A stretch of 64,000 nt of DNA from a bacterium (GTDB lineage Bacteria; UBA8248), in the NCBI GenBank assembly GCA_965203325.1, contig OZ241875.1, positions 2,272,001 through 2,336,000 of the forward strand, written 5' to 3'. Each line of letters opens with the position of its first letter. Positions within the stretch are counted from its first letter, which is position 1. The notes under the pieces are model-generated. The model worked only from the letters and a program-made list of their open reading frames with translations. It did no database searches and was not told where the DNA came from. Made by a program: the position numbers and the translations under genes. This document shows positions 42,499 through 51,559 of this stretch, one piece after another.

Positions 42499-43830
42499 TC
42501 AAGAGATATCTATCTTTTGCTCGAGTGTTTGGATGGTGGCGGAGAGAGACGGGTCTGTTTTGATCAGGCCCTCGATTTTTTTGGTGGAGTGAATCACCGT
42601 GGAGTGATCCTTCCCGCCGAAGCGGCGGCCGATTTCCGTGGTCGAGGCGCGCGTGAGTTTCCTCGCGAGGAACATGGCGATCTGCCGGGGAACGGCGAAA
42701 GAGCGCGAGCGGTTTTTCGATTTCAGGTCGGCGACCCGGACCTGGAAGTGCTCGGCGACGATTTTCTGGATGTTGTCTACCGAGGAATTGCGGGTGGGGT
42801 CGCGGATGATGCCTTGCAGTATCTCCTGCGCGATGGGAAGGTCGATCTCGATGTCGTGCAGGGAAGCGTAGATGTTGAGTCTGATGAGGCAGCCCTCGAG
42901 TTCGCGGACGTTGGAGCGAACCCTGTCGGCGATATAGTGGGCGACCTCCCTGTGGAGGACGAGATCTTGTTCGCTCGCTTTTTTCTGCAGGATGGCCACT
43001 TTGGTCTCGAAGTCCGGTGCGCCGATATCCGCCATCATGCCTGAGCTGAAGCGCGACCTGAGGCGATTCTCCAGCCCCGGCGTGTCTCCGGGTGTTTTAT
43101 CGCTCGTGATGACGACCTGTTTCCTTTCTCGTTGCAATGAATCGAAAGTGAAGAAGAACTCCTCCTGGGTGCGTTCCTTTCCGGCGATGAACTGTATGTC
43201 GTCTATCATCAGGACGTCTACTTGTCGGTATTTGCTCCTGAAGGCGGCCATCTGGTTTTGTCGAATCGAGGCAATGAGGTCGTTGATGAAGCTTTCCGAA
43301 GAAGTGTAGAAGATGCGCGTCCTCGGCTGTCGATCGAGAATGTGGTGGGCGATGGCGTGCATCAGATGGGTTTTTCCGAGCCCCACCCCGCCGTAGATGA
43401 AAAGCGGGAAGAGGGAGGCTCCCAGGCCGTCCGCCAGGCGGAGGCTGCAGGCATGGGCGAATTGGTTCGATCCTCCCACCACGAAGTTGTCGAAACGATA
43501 CTTGGGATTGAGAAAGGCCGGCTTCTCCGGGGGCTCTTTTTCTTTCTCGGCCGGGACCGGCGCGTCTGAGACGATAGTTCCGTTTGTCGGCGCGTCGCTC
43601 GCCGAGAGGGTGATCATCACGTTCGGCCCGGCCTCTTGTTCGAGGATGTCCTGGATGATTCCCCAGTAGCGTGAGCGCAGGGTCCCCGCCGTAAACGGAT
43701 CGGGGGCCTGAATCGCCAGCGTGTTCTCGCTCGAATTCAACTCTTCGATGCCGGCAAACCAGCGGGAGAACGTCTGGGGGGAAACCTCTTGCTCGATTTT
43801 TTCCGCGCAACGCTGCCAAAGAGTCGTCAT
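42499..43830 (-). CDS. dnaA: Chromosomal replication initiator DnaA
   Basis: LNPKYRFDNFVVG.SN, GGVGLGKTHL, DDIQF, RELEG, FGGKDHSTV; probable start MTTLW at 43830. Confidence 0.97.
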   Translation of the reverse strand: MTTLWQRCAEKIEQEVSPQTFSRWFAGIEELNSSENTLAIQAPDPFTAGTLRSRYWGIIQDILEQEAGPNVMITLSASDAPTNGTIVSDAPVPAEKEKEPPEKPAFLNPKYRFDNFVVGGSNQFAHACSLRLADGLGASLFPLFIYGGVGLGKTHLMHAIAHHILDRQPRTRIFYTSSESFINDLIASIRQNQMAAFRSKYRQVDVLMIDDIQFIAGKERTQEEFFFTFDSLQRERKQVVITSDKTPGDTPGLENRLRSRFSSGMMADIGAPDFETKVAILQKKASEQDLVLHREVAHYIADRVRSNVRELEGCLIRLNIYASLHDIEIDLPIAQEILQGIIRDPTRNSSVDNIQKIVAEHFQVRVADLKSKNRSRSFAVPRQIAMFLARKLTRASTTEIGRRFGGKDHSTVIHSTKKIEGLIKTDPSLSATIQTLEQKIDIS

Positions 43831-43894
43831 AAGGAGAGCCAATCCACAAAATTCAAGGCGCGACGAGGGCTTTTTGCGCCGCGCAGGAACGGGT

Positions 43895-43973
43895 TTTTCC
43901 ACAGGGCGAGATAAAACTTGACCCGGGGGAGCACTTTTCCACAAAATGCCTCAAAAGGCAAGGGTTTTCCACA
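43895..43973 (+). promoter_or_regulatory. Three DnaA-box-like TTTTCCACA sites upstream of dnaA
   Basis: Identical 9-mers at 43895, 43935 and 43965, one mismatch from TTATCCACA. Confidence 0.75.
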
Positions 43974-44096
43974 AAAAACATGGCATTTTTCCGGCAAACG
44001 AGGATTTTTCTTCTTCGAAGGAGCAACGAACGGTACGCGAAGCCGGTCTCCCGTCCATTCGGGGCCGGTAAGTTCGAGCACCCCCGCAGGAGGTTC

Positions 44097-44125
44097 TTGA
44101 CAATCGGGATTTTGGTGGCTACTTT
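44097..44125 (+). promoter_or_regulatory. Putative sigma70 promoter of the rpmH operon
   Basis: TTGACA-N17-TACTTT. Confidence 0.6.
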
Positions 44126-44210
44126 ACGCTCGGCTTCTTGGGGAAGCCTTTCTCAAGCGTTATATGTCGGGTTTAACGCTCGGCTTTTGGGCCGGCAGAC
44201 GGAGTAGTTG

Positions 44211-44351
44211 GTGAAACGAACTTACCAGCCGAACAGAAGAAAACGAGCGAAGACGCACGGGTTTCGCCGCCGGATGAAGACCACCGGCGGACGCGCAATC
44301 ATCAGGCGTCGACGGATTAAGGGCCGCAAGCGGCTCGGCGTTTCCGCCTAG
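44211..44351 (+). CDS. rpmH: 50S ribosomal protein L34 (absent from the ORF track)
   Basis: Manual translation from [53 protein letters not shown] upstream. Confidence 0.97.
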   Translation: MKRTYQPNRRKRAKTHGFRRRMKTTGGRAIIRRRRIKGRKRLGVSA

Positions 44352-44395
44352 ACGGCGCGCCGGGCTTGCCGACCCTCGACCGGGAGGGCGCGGGC

Positions 44396-44743
44396 ATGGA
44401 TGAGGGCTTCCCGCCGGAGCGGCGAATCCGCAAGGGGAGCGACTTCGCCGCCGTTCTCAGAAAAGGACGCAAACGCAGGTGTCCGTACTTCACGCTGCAT
44501 ATCCTGCCGACTCCTTCTCGGGATTGCGCGCGCCTCGGCATCATCGCGTCGCGCCGGGTGGGCGGCGCCGTCCAGAGGAATCGCGCCAAACGGCTCCTCC
44601 GCGAGGTGTTTCGGCGTCACGGCTCACGGCTCCCCCCAGGAGTGGACCTTGTGGCCGTGGCGAGGAACTCGATCGCCAAGGCGAGGCTAGAGGATGTTGA
44701 AAGGGCGTTCCGCAACGCTTTCCACGGGAAGACGAATTCCTGA
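44396..44743 (+). CDS. rnpA: RNase P protein component
   Basis: RLGI..SRRVG.AV.RNR.KR.LRE.FR; follows rpmH. Confidence 0.93.
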   Translation: MDEGFPPERRIRKGSDFAAVLRKGRKRRCPYFTLHILPTPSRDCARLGIIASRRVGGAVQRNRAKRLLREVFRRHGSRLPPGVDLVAVARNSIAKARLEDVERAFRNAFHGKTNS

Positions 44744-44981
44744 AAAAGAGATCGGCCCCGTCTCTCGGGCGATCCGTGTTCTGGCGATGGCTCTGATTCG
44801 GGGATATCAACTCGTTTTGTCTCCCGTGATGCCGGGCAGTTGCCGCTTTTCACCCTCTTGTTCTTGTTATGCGCTCGAGGCGTTCAGGCGCCACGCGCCC
44901 GCTCGGGCCTTGTGGCTCACCGTGCGCCGCATCGGGCGCTGCCATCCATTTCACCCCGGGGGAAACGATCCGGTTCCCTGA
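44694..44981 (+). CDS. yidD: Membrane protein insertion efficiency factor YidD
   Basis: LIRGYQ..LSP, CRF.PSCS.Y..EA, RI.RCHPFHPGG.DPVP; true start uncertain (could be 44787). Confidence 0.9.
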   Translation: MLKGRSATLSTGRRIPEKEIGPVSRAIRVLAMALIRGYQLVLSPVMPGSCRFSPSCSCYALEAFRRHAPARALWLTVRRIGRCHPFHPGGNDPVP

Positions 44982-45007
44982 GGGGTCCGGCGGAGGCGCC
45001 TTACATC

Positions 45008-46651
45008 ATGGAAAGAAACGCGATTCTCGCCGCCGTCTTGTCGATGGCGATACTGATCGGCTGGCAATACCTCGTCGTGAAGCCCATGGAAGACGAGCAG
45101 GCCCAGAAGCAGAAGGTGGCCAAGGAGCGCGCGGCGGCACAGAACAGGGAACGAGGGAGCGCGGCGAGTACGCCGCTCAGGGCGCCCGCCTCCGTCGCCG
45201 GCCAGCCGTCCGCGCCCGCCGCTCCGTCTGCGCCGACGGAAGCCGCTCCCGGCCGGCGTGTTCGCGTGGACGTGGGCGACGCGGTGTATGAGTTGACCAA
45301 CCGGGGCGCGGGGTTTTTGTCCGCGCGACTCCTGAAATACAAACAGGGCGAAAAGAATTCTGTCCAGCTCGTACCTCCGGGCCGCCCGGACGTACGGCCC
45401 CTTTTCTTCTGGGGCGGAAAGACGGCGCAGCGGCTCAACGAGGCCTCCTACGAGGTCGAGGGCGGCGACCTCTCGCTCTCGAAGACGAATCCGGAAGGGA
45501 CGGTTCGCTTCGTCTACCGCGGCGCCGACGGCCTCTCGGCGGAGAAGGCGCTCACCTTCCGCCATAACGAATTCAACATCCGTACGAGGATTCGCGTCAC
45601 CCGCCCCTCCGGGGCCGAGGCGATGGGAATCGTCTGGGGGCCGCGCGTCGGCGGGAGCGACGGCAACACCTACGGCGGCGTCATCGAGGGCCCCATGAGC
45701 TTCGTGGGCGAAGAACTCGAATACGACTATCCCGAGGAGGCGAAACCCGTCACCCACGGTGAGAGCCTCAAGTGGACATCGCTCCAGTCGAAGCACTTCA
45801 TCGCGGCGCTCATCCCCCGAGGCGGGGCGGGCGGAGCGGAGATACGCCTTCTCTCCCAGACGGACGACTTAAGCGAATACGCCGCCATCGTTCCTTTCGC
45901 GCAGGGAAAGGACATCGATGCGGCCTTCGACGTCTACGTGGGGCCGAAGGCGTTGGACCACCTCGAAAAACTCAAGGTCAACCTCGAGGACTCCCTGGAC
46001 TACGGGATGTTTTCTTTCATCGCCAAGCCGCTCATGTCGATCCTGCGTTTTTTCCACGGGTTCGTGGGCAACTGGGGCGTGGCCATCATCCTGCTGACCA
46101 TCCTGGTGAAGATTATCTTCTACCCGCTCACCCACGTCAGCATGCGCAACATGAAGGAGATGCAAAAACTCCAGCCGCGCATCACGCAACTCCGCGAGAT
46201 ATATAAAGACGACAAGAACAGGCTGAACGAGCAGACCATGGCCTTGTATAAGGAGCACAAGGTCAACCCGATGATGGGCTGCCTGCCCATGCTGATACAG
46301 ATACCCGTCTTCTTCGGGTTGTACGAGGCGCTCCTGGTGTCGATAGAGTTGCGCAACGCGCCCTTTTTCGGCTGGGTGCAGGACCTCTCGGTGCAGGACC
46401 CCTATCACGTGTATACGATACTCATGGGCGCTTCGATGTTCCTGCAGCAGAAAATGACGCCCACCGCGGGCGACCCCACCCAGGCGAAGATGATGATGCT
46501 CATGCCCGTCGTCTTCACGGGCATGTTCATCTTCTATCCCGTGCCCGTGGGGCTGGTGATCTACTGGCTGGTGAACAACCTGCTCTCCATCGCTCAGCAA
46601 TTCTACGTGAACCGTTCCGTTCAGCCGCCCAAGCTGGCCGAGGAGAACTGA
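45008..46651 (+). CDS. yidC: Membrane protein insertase YidC
   Basis: N-terminal TM, YVGPK, DYG, NWGVAIILLT, GCLP.LIQIPVF, GLVIYW.VNN. Confidence 0.95.
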   Translation: MERNAILAAVLSMAILIGWQYLVVKPMEDEQAQKQKVAKERAAAQNRERGSAASTPLRAPASVAGQPSAPAAPSAPTEAAPGRRVRVDVGDAVYELTNRGAGFLSARLLKYKQGEKNSVQLVPPGRPDVRPLFFWGGKTAQRLNEASYEVEGGDLSLSKTNPEGTVRFVYRGADGLSAEKALTFRHNEFNIRTRIRVTRPSGAEAMGIVWGPRVGGSDGNTYGGVIEGPMSFVGEELEYDYPEEAKPVTHGESLKWTSLQSKHFIAALIPRGGAGGAEIRLLSQTDDLSEYAAIVPFAQGKDIDAAFDVYVGPKALDHLEKLKVNLEDSLDYGMFSFIAKPLMSILRFFHGFVGNWGVAIILLTILVKIIFYPLTHVSMRNMKEMQKLQPRITQLREIYKDDKNRLNEQTMALYKEHKVNPMMGCLPMLIQIPVFFGLYEALLVSIELRNAPFFGWVQDLSVQDPYHVYTILMGASMFLQQKMTPTAGDPTQAKMMMLMPVVFTGMFIFYPVPVGLVIYWLVNNLLSIAQQFYVNRSVQPPKLAEEN

Positions 46652-46658
46652 CGCGAAA

Positions 46659-47750
46659 ATGAATTTCAGCGGCGACGGCTGGGGCGACGGCGGCATGGAA
46701 GGCCCCGGCTTTCATCATTTTCCTCCCGGCGAGAACCCGGACCTGACCCCCTTTGCGGAGATGTCGGGCCGCGCGCTCAGGCGCGTCATCGAGCGCATGG
46801 ATCCCGAAATCCTCGTTCTGGCGCTTCGCGATGCCGATTCGCGGGTGGTCGAGCGTGTGCTCAGGAACGTATCTTCCAAGAACGCGGTCCATATGCGCGA
46901 GGAAATCAAGCGCGCAGGCTCCATGGAAAGCGAGCGAAGCGTCGAGGCCCGCCAGATGTTGATGCAGACCGCCTACGCCATGAAGAACCACGGCGACATT
47001 ACGTTCGACGGGCCTGCCGACGACTCCATCCCCCCGCTGGACCGGACGCTCGAAGAGGGGCTCGCCGCGTTTCACTCCTCAGGAGCCAAGGCCGAGCACG
47101 CCGTGTCGCTCATCGTCGTTCTGGCCGCGCGGGCGGAACAGCACGGGCTGCTCTCGCTGGAGCCGGCTCTTGAGCGGAGCCCGGACGGGATTTTCTCCAC
47201 CGGCCTTCGGATGCTGGTGGATCAGGCGCCCTGGGATGAGGCCGAGATGATTCTCGCCCGGCAAATCGAGTCCTCCCTCGCAGCGACGGAAAGGAACAAG
47301 GAGATCGCCATCGAGGGGGCGGTGGCGATTCTCGAGGGCGTGAGCGAGGATCGTGCGCGCGCGCGGCTCGTCGCCTTCCTGCCCGAGGGCGAGGCGGATT
47401 ACGAGCGCTTGCCGGGCGTCCGGTTTTCTCCCTCGGCCCAGGCGGCGGTCGACATCATCAGCCTGTGCGTGGAGCTCGCAGGCCTGGCGTCGCGCGATGA
47501 GGGCGGCGCGATAGCGGAGCGCCTCGAATGGATTCAGGAACCGCTCCTCAAGACGGGGCTCAAATGGGCGCTCGAGGGCGCCACGATAGATGACGTCGAG
47601 AGGCTCCTCAGCCGAAAGGGGCAGACGCGCCTCGACAGGGAGCGCAGGAAACTCGAATGCCTGGCGGAGGGTTTCATGCTCATCAGAGAGGGGCATCCTC
47701 TGGATTTCATACGAGAGGCGCTCGGCGGCTATATCGAGGACGAGGCTTGA
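46659..47750 (+). CDS. Hypothetical protein: FliG C-terminal-like domain plus two MotA cytoplasmic-like repeats
   Basis: aa ~29-116 resemble FliG_C; aa ~145-242 and ~262-360 are related repeats resembling the MotA cytoplasmic loop plus C-tail; no TM-length hydrophobic segment seen. Confidence 0.72.
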   Translation: MNFSGDGWGDGGMEGPGFHHFPPGENPDLTPFAEMSGRALRRVIERMDPEILVLALRDADSRVVERVLRNVSSKNAVHMREEIKRAGSMESERSVEARQMLMQTAYAMKNHGDITFDGPADDSIPPLDRTLEEGLAAFHSSGAKAEHAVSLIVVLAARAEQHGLLSLEPALERSPDGIFSTGLRMLVDQAPWDEAEMILARQIESSLAATERNKEIAIEGAVAILEGVSEDRARARLVAFLPEGEADYERLPGVRFSPSAQAAVDIISLCVELAGLASRDEGGAIAERLEWIQEPLLKTGLKWALEGATIDDVERLLSRKGQTRLDRERRKLECLAEGFMLIREGHPLDFIREALGGYIEDEA

Positions 47751-48343
47751 GCAAGGGATCCTCTCGTGTGGAGTGGACGCTTCCCGTCCGAAACCGCCAT
47801 CTCCTGCTCACGAGGGGAAGGCGCCGGGCCATGCCGCCCGTCAAGACGCTGCGCGCCCTGGGCCTTGAGCGCGGCATGAGTTTCCTGGACATCGGCTGCG
47901 GACCCGGTTATTTCTCGGTTCCCGCCTGCAGGGTGGTGGGAAAGAATGGTCGCGTGTTCGCCTGCGACATCTCCCCGGTGATGATCAGGGAACTCAAATC
48001 GTCAGCCGAAGAGCGCGGCTACGCGAATCTTACGGCGAAGCGAAACCAGGGTTCGCGAATTCCCTTTCCGGATGCGTGCGCGGACTTTGCCCTCATCGCG
48101 TTCGTGCTCCACGGAGTGTCCGACGTCCAGCCCATGTTCGCCGAGTCAAGACGCGCGATGAGGAAGGGCGCCGCCATCACGCTCATCGACTGGCACAAGG
48201 AGCCCATGGACATGGGGCCGCCCCTCGAGGCGCGCTTTGAGCCCGAAGAACTCGTAAACGAGTTGCGCGATGCGGGCTTTCGCAAAGCCCGTTGGTGGGA
48301 TTTCGACGGCAACACCTATTTCGTCTCCGCAAAAGCGCCCTGA
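47747..48343 (+). CDS. Class I SAM-dependent methyltransferase
   Basis: LDIGCGPGYF, DIS..M, LH, DW......GPP...R; TTG start overlaps the upstream TGA. Confidence 0.85.
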   Translation: MSKGSSRVEWTLPVRNRHLLLTRGRRRAMPPVKTLRALGLERGMSFLDIGCGPGYFSVPACRVVGKNGRVFACDISPVMIRELKSSAEERGYANLTAKRNQGSRIPFPDACADFALIAFVLHGVSDVQPMFAESRRAMRKGAAITLIDWHKEPMDMGPPLEARFEPEELVNELRDAGFRKARWWDFDGNTYFVSAKAP

Positions 48344-48346
48344 CGG

Positions 48347-48375
48347 CTGTCAAGGTGGAGGCGTTGCGCTATAAT
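48347..48375 (+). promoter_or_regulatory. Putative sigma70 promoter of the SDR pair
   Basis: CTGTCA-N17-TATAAT. Confidence 0.5.
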
Positions 48376-48402
48376 CCGGCACTCATGGAGGCGGCGAGCA
48401 AG

Positions 48403-49164
48403 ATGGAAGACAAATCCTCGATTCAAGGACACGTGGCGCTCGTGACGGCGGGCGCGGTGGGCATCGGCGAGGCAATCGCCGAGCGCCTCGCGCATGAGGG
48501 CGCGCGCGTCGTGTTGTTGGATCTCGACCAGACGCAAGGCGAGGCGACCGCGCAGCGGATACGCGAGGCGGGGGGCGAGGCCCGCTTCGTCAATACCGAC
48601 GCCACCTCGGCGAGCGAGGTCAAAGCGGCCGTGGCCGAGGCGCTTCACGAGTGGGCGCGCATCGACATTCTGGTGAACTGCGCAGGCGGCTTCGTGGAGA
48701 ATCCGCTCATCGAAGATTTGGATGAGGCGCAGTGGCGCAGGGCCGTGGACTTGAATTTGAAAAGCGCCTACCTGTGCGCGCGCGAGGTGATGCCCGTCAT
48801 GAAGAAAAGACGCTATGGCCGCATCGTGAGCATCTCCTCCCAGTCGGGCCGCGACTCCGTTATCGAGACGGGCTTGGCCTACAGCGCCGCCAAGGCGGGC
48901 CTTTTCGGCTTTGGGAGGCGGCTGGCGGTGGAAGTCGCTCCCCACGGCGTCACGGTGAACACGGTGGCCCCGGGCGTGGTGCTCACCCCGAGGACGGCCG
49001 TGGTCCATAAGGACAGACTGCCCGAGATAATCGCGAAAATACCGGCGGGCCGCGTGGCGGACGCCGCGGACATCGCCGACGCCGTGTGGTATCTCGCCAG
49101 ACCCGAGGCGCGTTACGTCACGGGCGTGACGCTCGACGTCAACGGCGGCAGGTACGTTCACTAG
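48403..49164 (+). CDS. SDR family oxidoreductase
   Basis: TAGAVGIG, ILVNCAG, YSAAK, VN.VAPG, YVTG..LDVNGG. Confidence 0.92.
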   Translation: MEDKSSIQGHVALVTAGAVGIGEAIAERLAHEGARVVLLDLDQTQGEATAQRIREAGGEARFVNTDATSASEVKAAVAEALHEWARIDILVNCAGGFVENPLIEDLDEAQWRRAVDLNLKSAYLCAREVMPVMKKRRYGRIVSISSQSGRDSVIETGLAYSAAKAGLFGFGRRLAVEVAPHGVTVNTVAPGVVLTPRTAVVHKDRLPEIIAKIPAGRVADAADIADAVWYLARPEARYVTGVTLDVNGGRYVH

Positions 49165-49177
49165 AAAGGACAATCGC

Positions 49178-49936
49178 GTGCATGAGCGATCCTCGATAAA
49201 AGATCACGTCGCCATCGTCACCGGCGCGACCGACGGCATCGGCCTGGCGACGGCGATACGCTTCGCGGACGAGGGCGCGAAGGTGGTGATTACGGGGCGC
49301 GACCCGGACCGCGGCTCGGCGGCCTTGGCCACGGTGAGCGCGCACGGCGACGCCATATTCGTCCAGGGCGACGCCGCCCGGAAAGAAGACGTCGACCTTC
49401 TCTTCGCCCGCACGCTCGGAACGTGGGGGCGCCTCGACATTCTGGTGAACTGCGCGGGCGGTTTCGTGGAGGTGCCCGATATCGAGGACCTCGACGAGGC
49501 GGAGTGGGAAAAGATCGTCGAATGGAACCTCACGAGTTGTTATCTCGCCACCCGGGCGGCGGCGGCTCCGATGAAAGAGAGAGGCTATGGCCGCATCGTG
49601 AACGTCTCGTCCATCTCCGCGCGCGACGCCCTGGCGAACGTATCCCTGGTCTACAGCGCCGCGAAATCCGCCATGCAGGGCTTCACGAGGAGACTCGCGG
49701 TGGAACTCGCTCCCCACGGCGTCACGGTGAACGCCGTGGCCCCGGGCGTGACGCTCACCAAGCGCTTTCGCCTGGTGCACCAGGAGCGCGTGCCGCAGAT
49801 AGTGGCGAACTTGCCGGTGGGCTTCGGCGGAGAGCCCGAGGACATCGCCGATGCGATCTGGTATTTCTCCACCCCCGGTTCGGGCTACGTCACGGGCGCG
49901 ACCATCGACGTGAACGGCGGCCAGTATGTGAACTAG
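49178..49936 (+). CDS. SDR family oxidoreductase (paralogue of 48403..49164)
   Basis: TGATDGIG, ILVNCAG, YSAAK, VNAVAPG, YVTG..IDVNGG; AGGA upstream of GTG. Confidence 0.92.
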   Translation: MHERSSIKDHVAIVTGATDGIGLATAIRFADEGAKVVITGRDPDRGSAALATVSAHGDAIFVQGDAARKEDVDLLFARTLGTWGRLDILVNCAGGFVEVPDIEDLDEAEWEKIVEWNLTSCYLATRAAAAPMKERGYGRIVNVSSISARDALANVSLVYSAAKSAMQGFTRRLAVELAPHGVTVNAVAPGVTLTKRFRLVHQERVPQIVANLPVGFGGEPEDIADAIWYFSTPGSGYVTGATIDVNGGQYVN

Positions 49937-50046
49937 CCGCCTTGAACGATTTCGGCCCGACGCGCGCCGATACCTCCGAAACAGGCGGATTCGTGGTATC
50001 ATCCCGAATCACGAGAGTTCCAAGCCGTCTAAACGCCAGAGGAGCC

Positions 50047-50451
50047 ATGCAAATGCGATATCTCCTGCTCATGTTTGGTTTGGCCTTGCTCGCCGCCGTC
50101 CTGGTTTTGCCGCAGGCCGCGCTCGCCTTGGAAGGGTGGAAGCCCTATGACACCAAGGCGTTCGCCCAGGCCCAAAAAGACGGAAAGACGATTTTCGTGG
50201 CCGTCCACACCGAGTGGTGAGGGACGTGCAGGCAGCAGGTGCCGCTGCTTCAGTCCCTGATTAAAGAGAAGAAGTTCGAAAACGCCGCCACGTTCGTGGT
50301 GGACTACGACACCCAGCGCGATTTCCTGAAAGAACACAGCGTTCGCTGGCAATCGACGATCATCGTCTTCAAGGGCGCACAGGAAAAGGGCCGCTCGACG
50401 GGCGACGTGGACATTGCGAGCATCCGGAGCCTCATGGCGCGCGCGCTGTAG
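50047..50451 (+). CDS. Exported thioredoxin-family protein with UxxC motif (probable selenoprotein, TGA at 50218-50220)
   Basis: GAGGAG plus ATG, signal peptide, ...VAVHTEW-TGA-GTCRQQ... continues in frame into VDYDTQ, QSTIIVFKG and GRSTG to TAG at 50449-50451. Confidence 0.85.
50221..50257 (+). promoter_or_regulatory. Bacterial SECIS-like hairpin
   Basis: GGGAC..TG.AGGCAGC-[AGGTGCC]-GCTGCTTCA-GTCCC directly 3' of the UGA; loop begins after 16 nt and has G as its second base. Confidence 0.7.
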
Positions 50452-50503
50452 AACGAACGGAACCGGCGAACGAGGGCCTGGCTTCCGCGGACCTTTCTCG
50501 TTT

Positions 50504-51559
50504 TCATCCGAGCGGCGAGACGGCCACCTCTCCGTCTCTTACGGCGACTTCCGTTCCGTAGGGAGCGGAGAATCTTTTCATCATATCCACGATCTCGCGG
50601 CCCTCACCGCGCCTCGGCGAGAGGGGTTTGGGCGCGCCGCCCACGCCGCAGCGGCAGGGGATGAGGTGAAGGTCGCTCAGCCCTTCTTTGTCCATGCGTC
50701 CGCCCAGCAGAAACGACTGAAGCGTCGCATCCGTGAAGAAAGGCTCGACTTCGTCGAAAATCAGATTCCCGCTGCAGTGGACGATGGGCCGGCCGTTGTA
50801 GAACTCGATGGCGGAGAGCACGTGCTGGTGTCCGCCGAAGACGGCGCACGCGCCCGCGTCGATCGCCGCTTTCCCGATCTCCCTTTGATGCTCGTGCACC
50901 TCGTGACGCATGCTCGCCCCCCAGTGCTGGTAGACGAAGACGAGGTCGACCTCGGTCTTGAGCCGGGCGACCTCTTCTTTCATCCGCGCGAGGTCTTCCG
51001 CCACCGCCCAGGAGTGGATGACGGGTTCGGAAGCCGGGTATTCGTCCAGGTTTCTGAGCGGCGTGTAGGACGTCCTGACGCGTAGGGGGTTCACGCCGGG
51101 CTCGTCCGCGTCGGCCGCGTGGCCCTGCGGCAACACGGACGAATAGGCGAGCAGGCCAACCCTCAGCCCGCCGCGATCGAGCACGACGGGGGCTCCCGCG
51201 TCTTCCAGGTCCATTCCCGCGCCCGTGAAAGGGATCCTCGCGCGGCGCAGCGTCACCATGGTTTCTTCGAGAGAGGGAACCCCGAAATCGAGCAGGTGGT
51301 TGTTCGCGATTCCCACCGCGTCGAAGCCGGCATCCACGAGTCCCGCCACCAGAGAGGGGTGTCCACGGTGCTTGGTCGCCTTTCCCTTCATGAGTTCGCC
51401 GCGCGTCGATAGCGCGTTCTCGAGATTCGCGAAAGAAAAATCGGCGCCGCGGAACAGTTTTCCCAGCTGGCCGAACATTCCCTTGGCGGAAGCCCTGTCG
51501 GGCGCGATGTCGCCGCCTGTGAGAAATGAAGCGGTGGAGTGAGGATTTTTTTTACTCAT
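50504..51559 (-). CDS. CapA (PGA_cap) family metallophosphatase-like protein
   Basis: GD, NLE, ANNH..DFG, HWG, GGH.H, .GN..F motifs. Confidence 0.88.
   Translation of the reverse strand: MSKKNPHSTASFLTGGDIAPDRASAKGMFGQLGKLFRGADFSFANLENALSTRGELMKGKATKHRGHPSLVAGLVDAGFDAVGIANNHLLDFGVPSLEETMVTLRRARIPFTGAGMDLEDAGAPVVLDRGGLRVGLLAYSSVLPQGHAADADEPGVNPLRVRTSYTPLRNLDEYPASEPVIHSWAVAEDLARMKEEVARLKTEVDLVFVYQHWGASMRHEVHEHQREIGKAAIDAGACAVFGGHQHVLSAIEFYNGRPIVHCSGNLIFDEVEPFFTDATLQSFLLGGRMDKEGLSDLHLIPCRCGVGGAPKPLSPRRGEGREIVDMMKRFSAPYGTEVAVRDGEVAVSPLG

Noticed and set aside
49423..50220. 265-aa ORF ending in ...HTEW, and the separate 70-aa ORF 50239..50451
   Set aside because: The first overlaps the SDR out of frame. 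Only its last 57 codons appear real, and they join the second ORF through the TGA as one thioredoxin.
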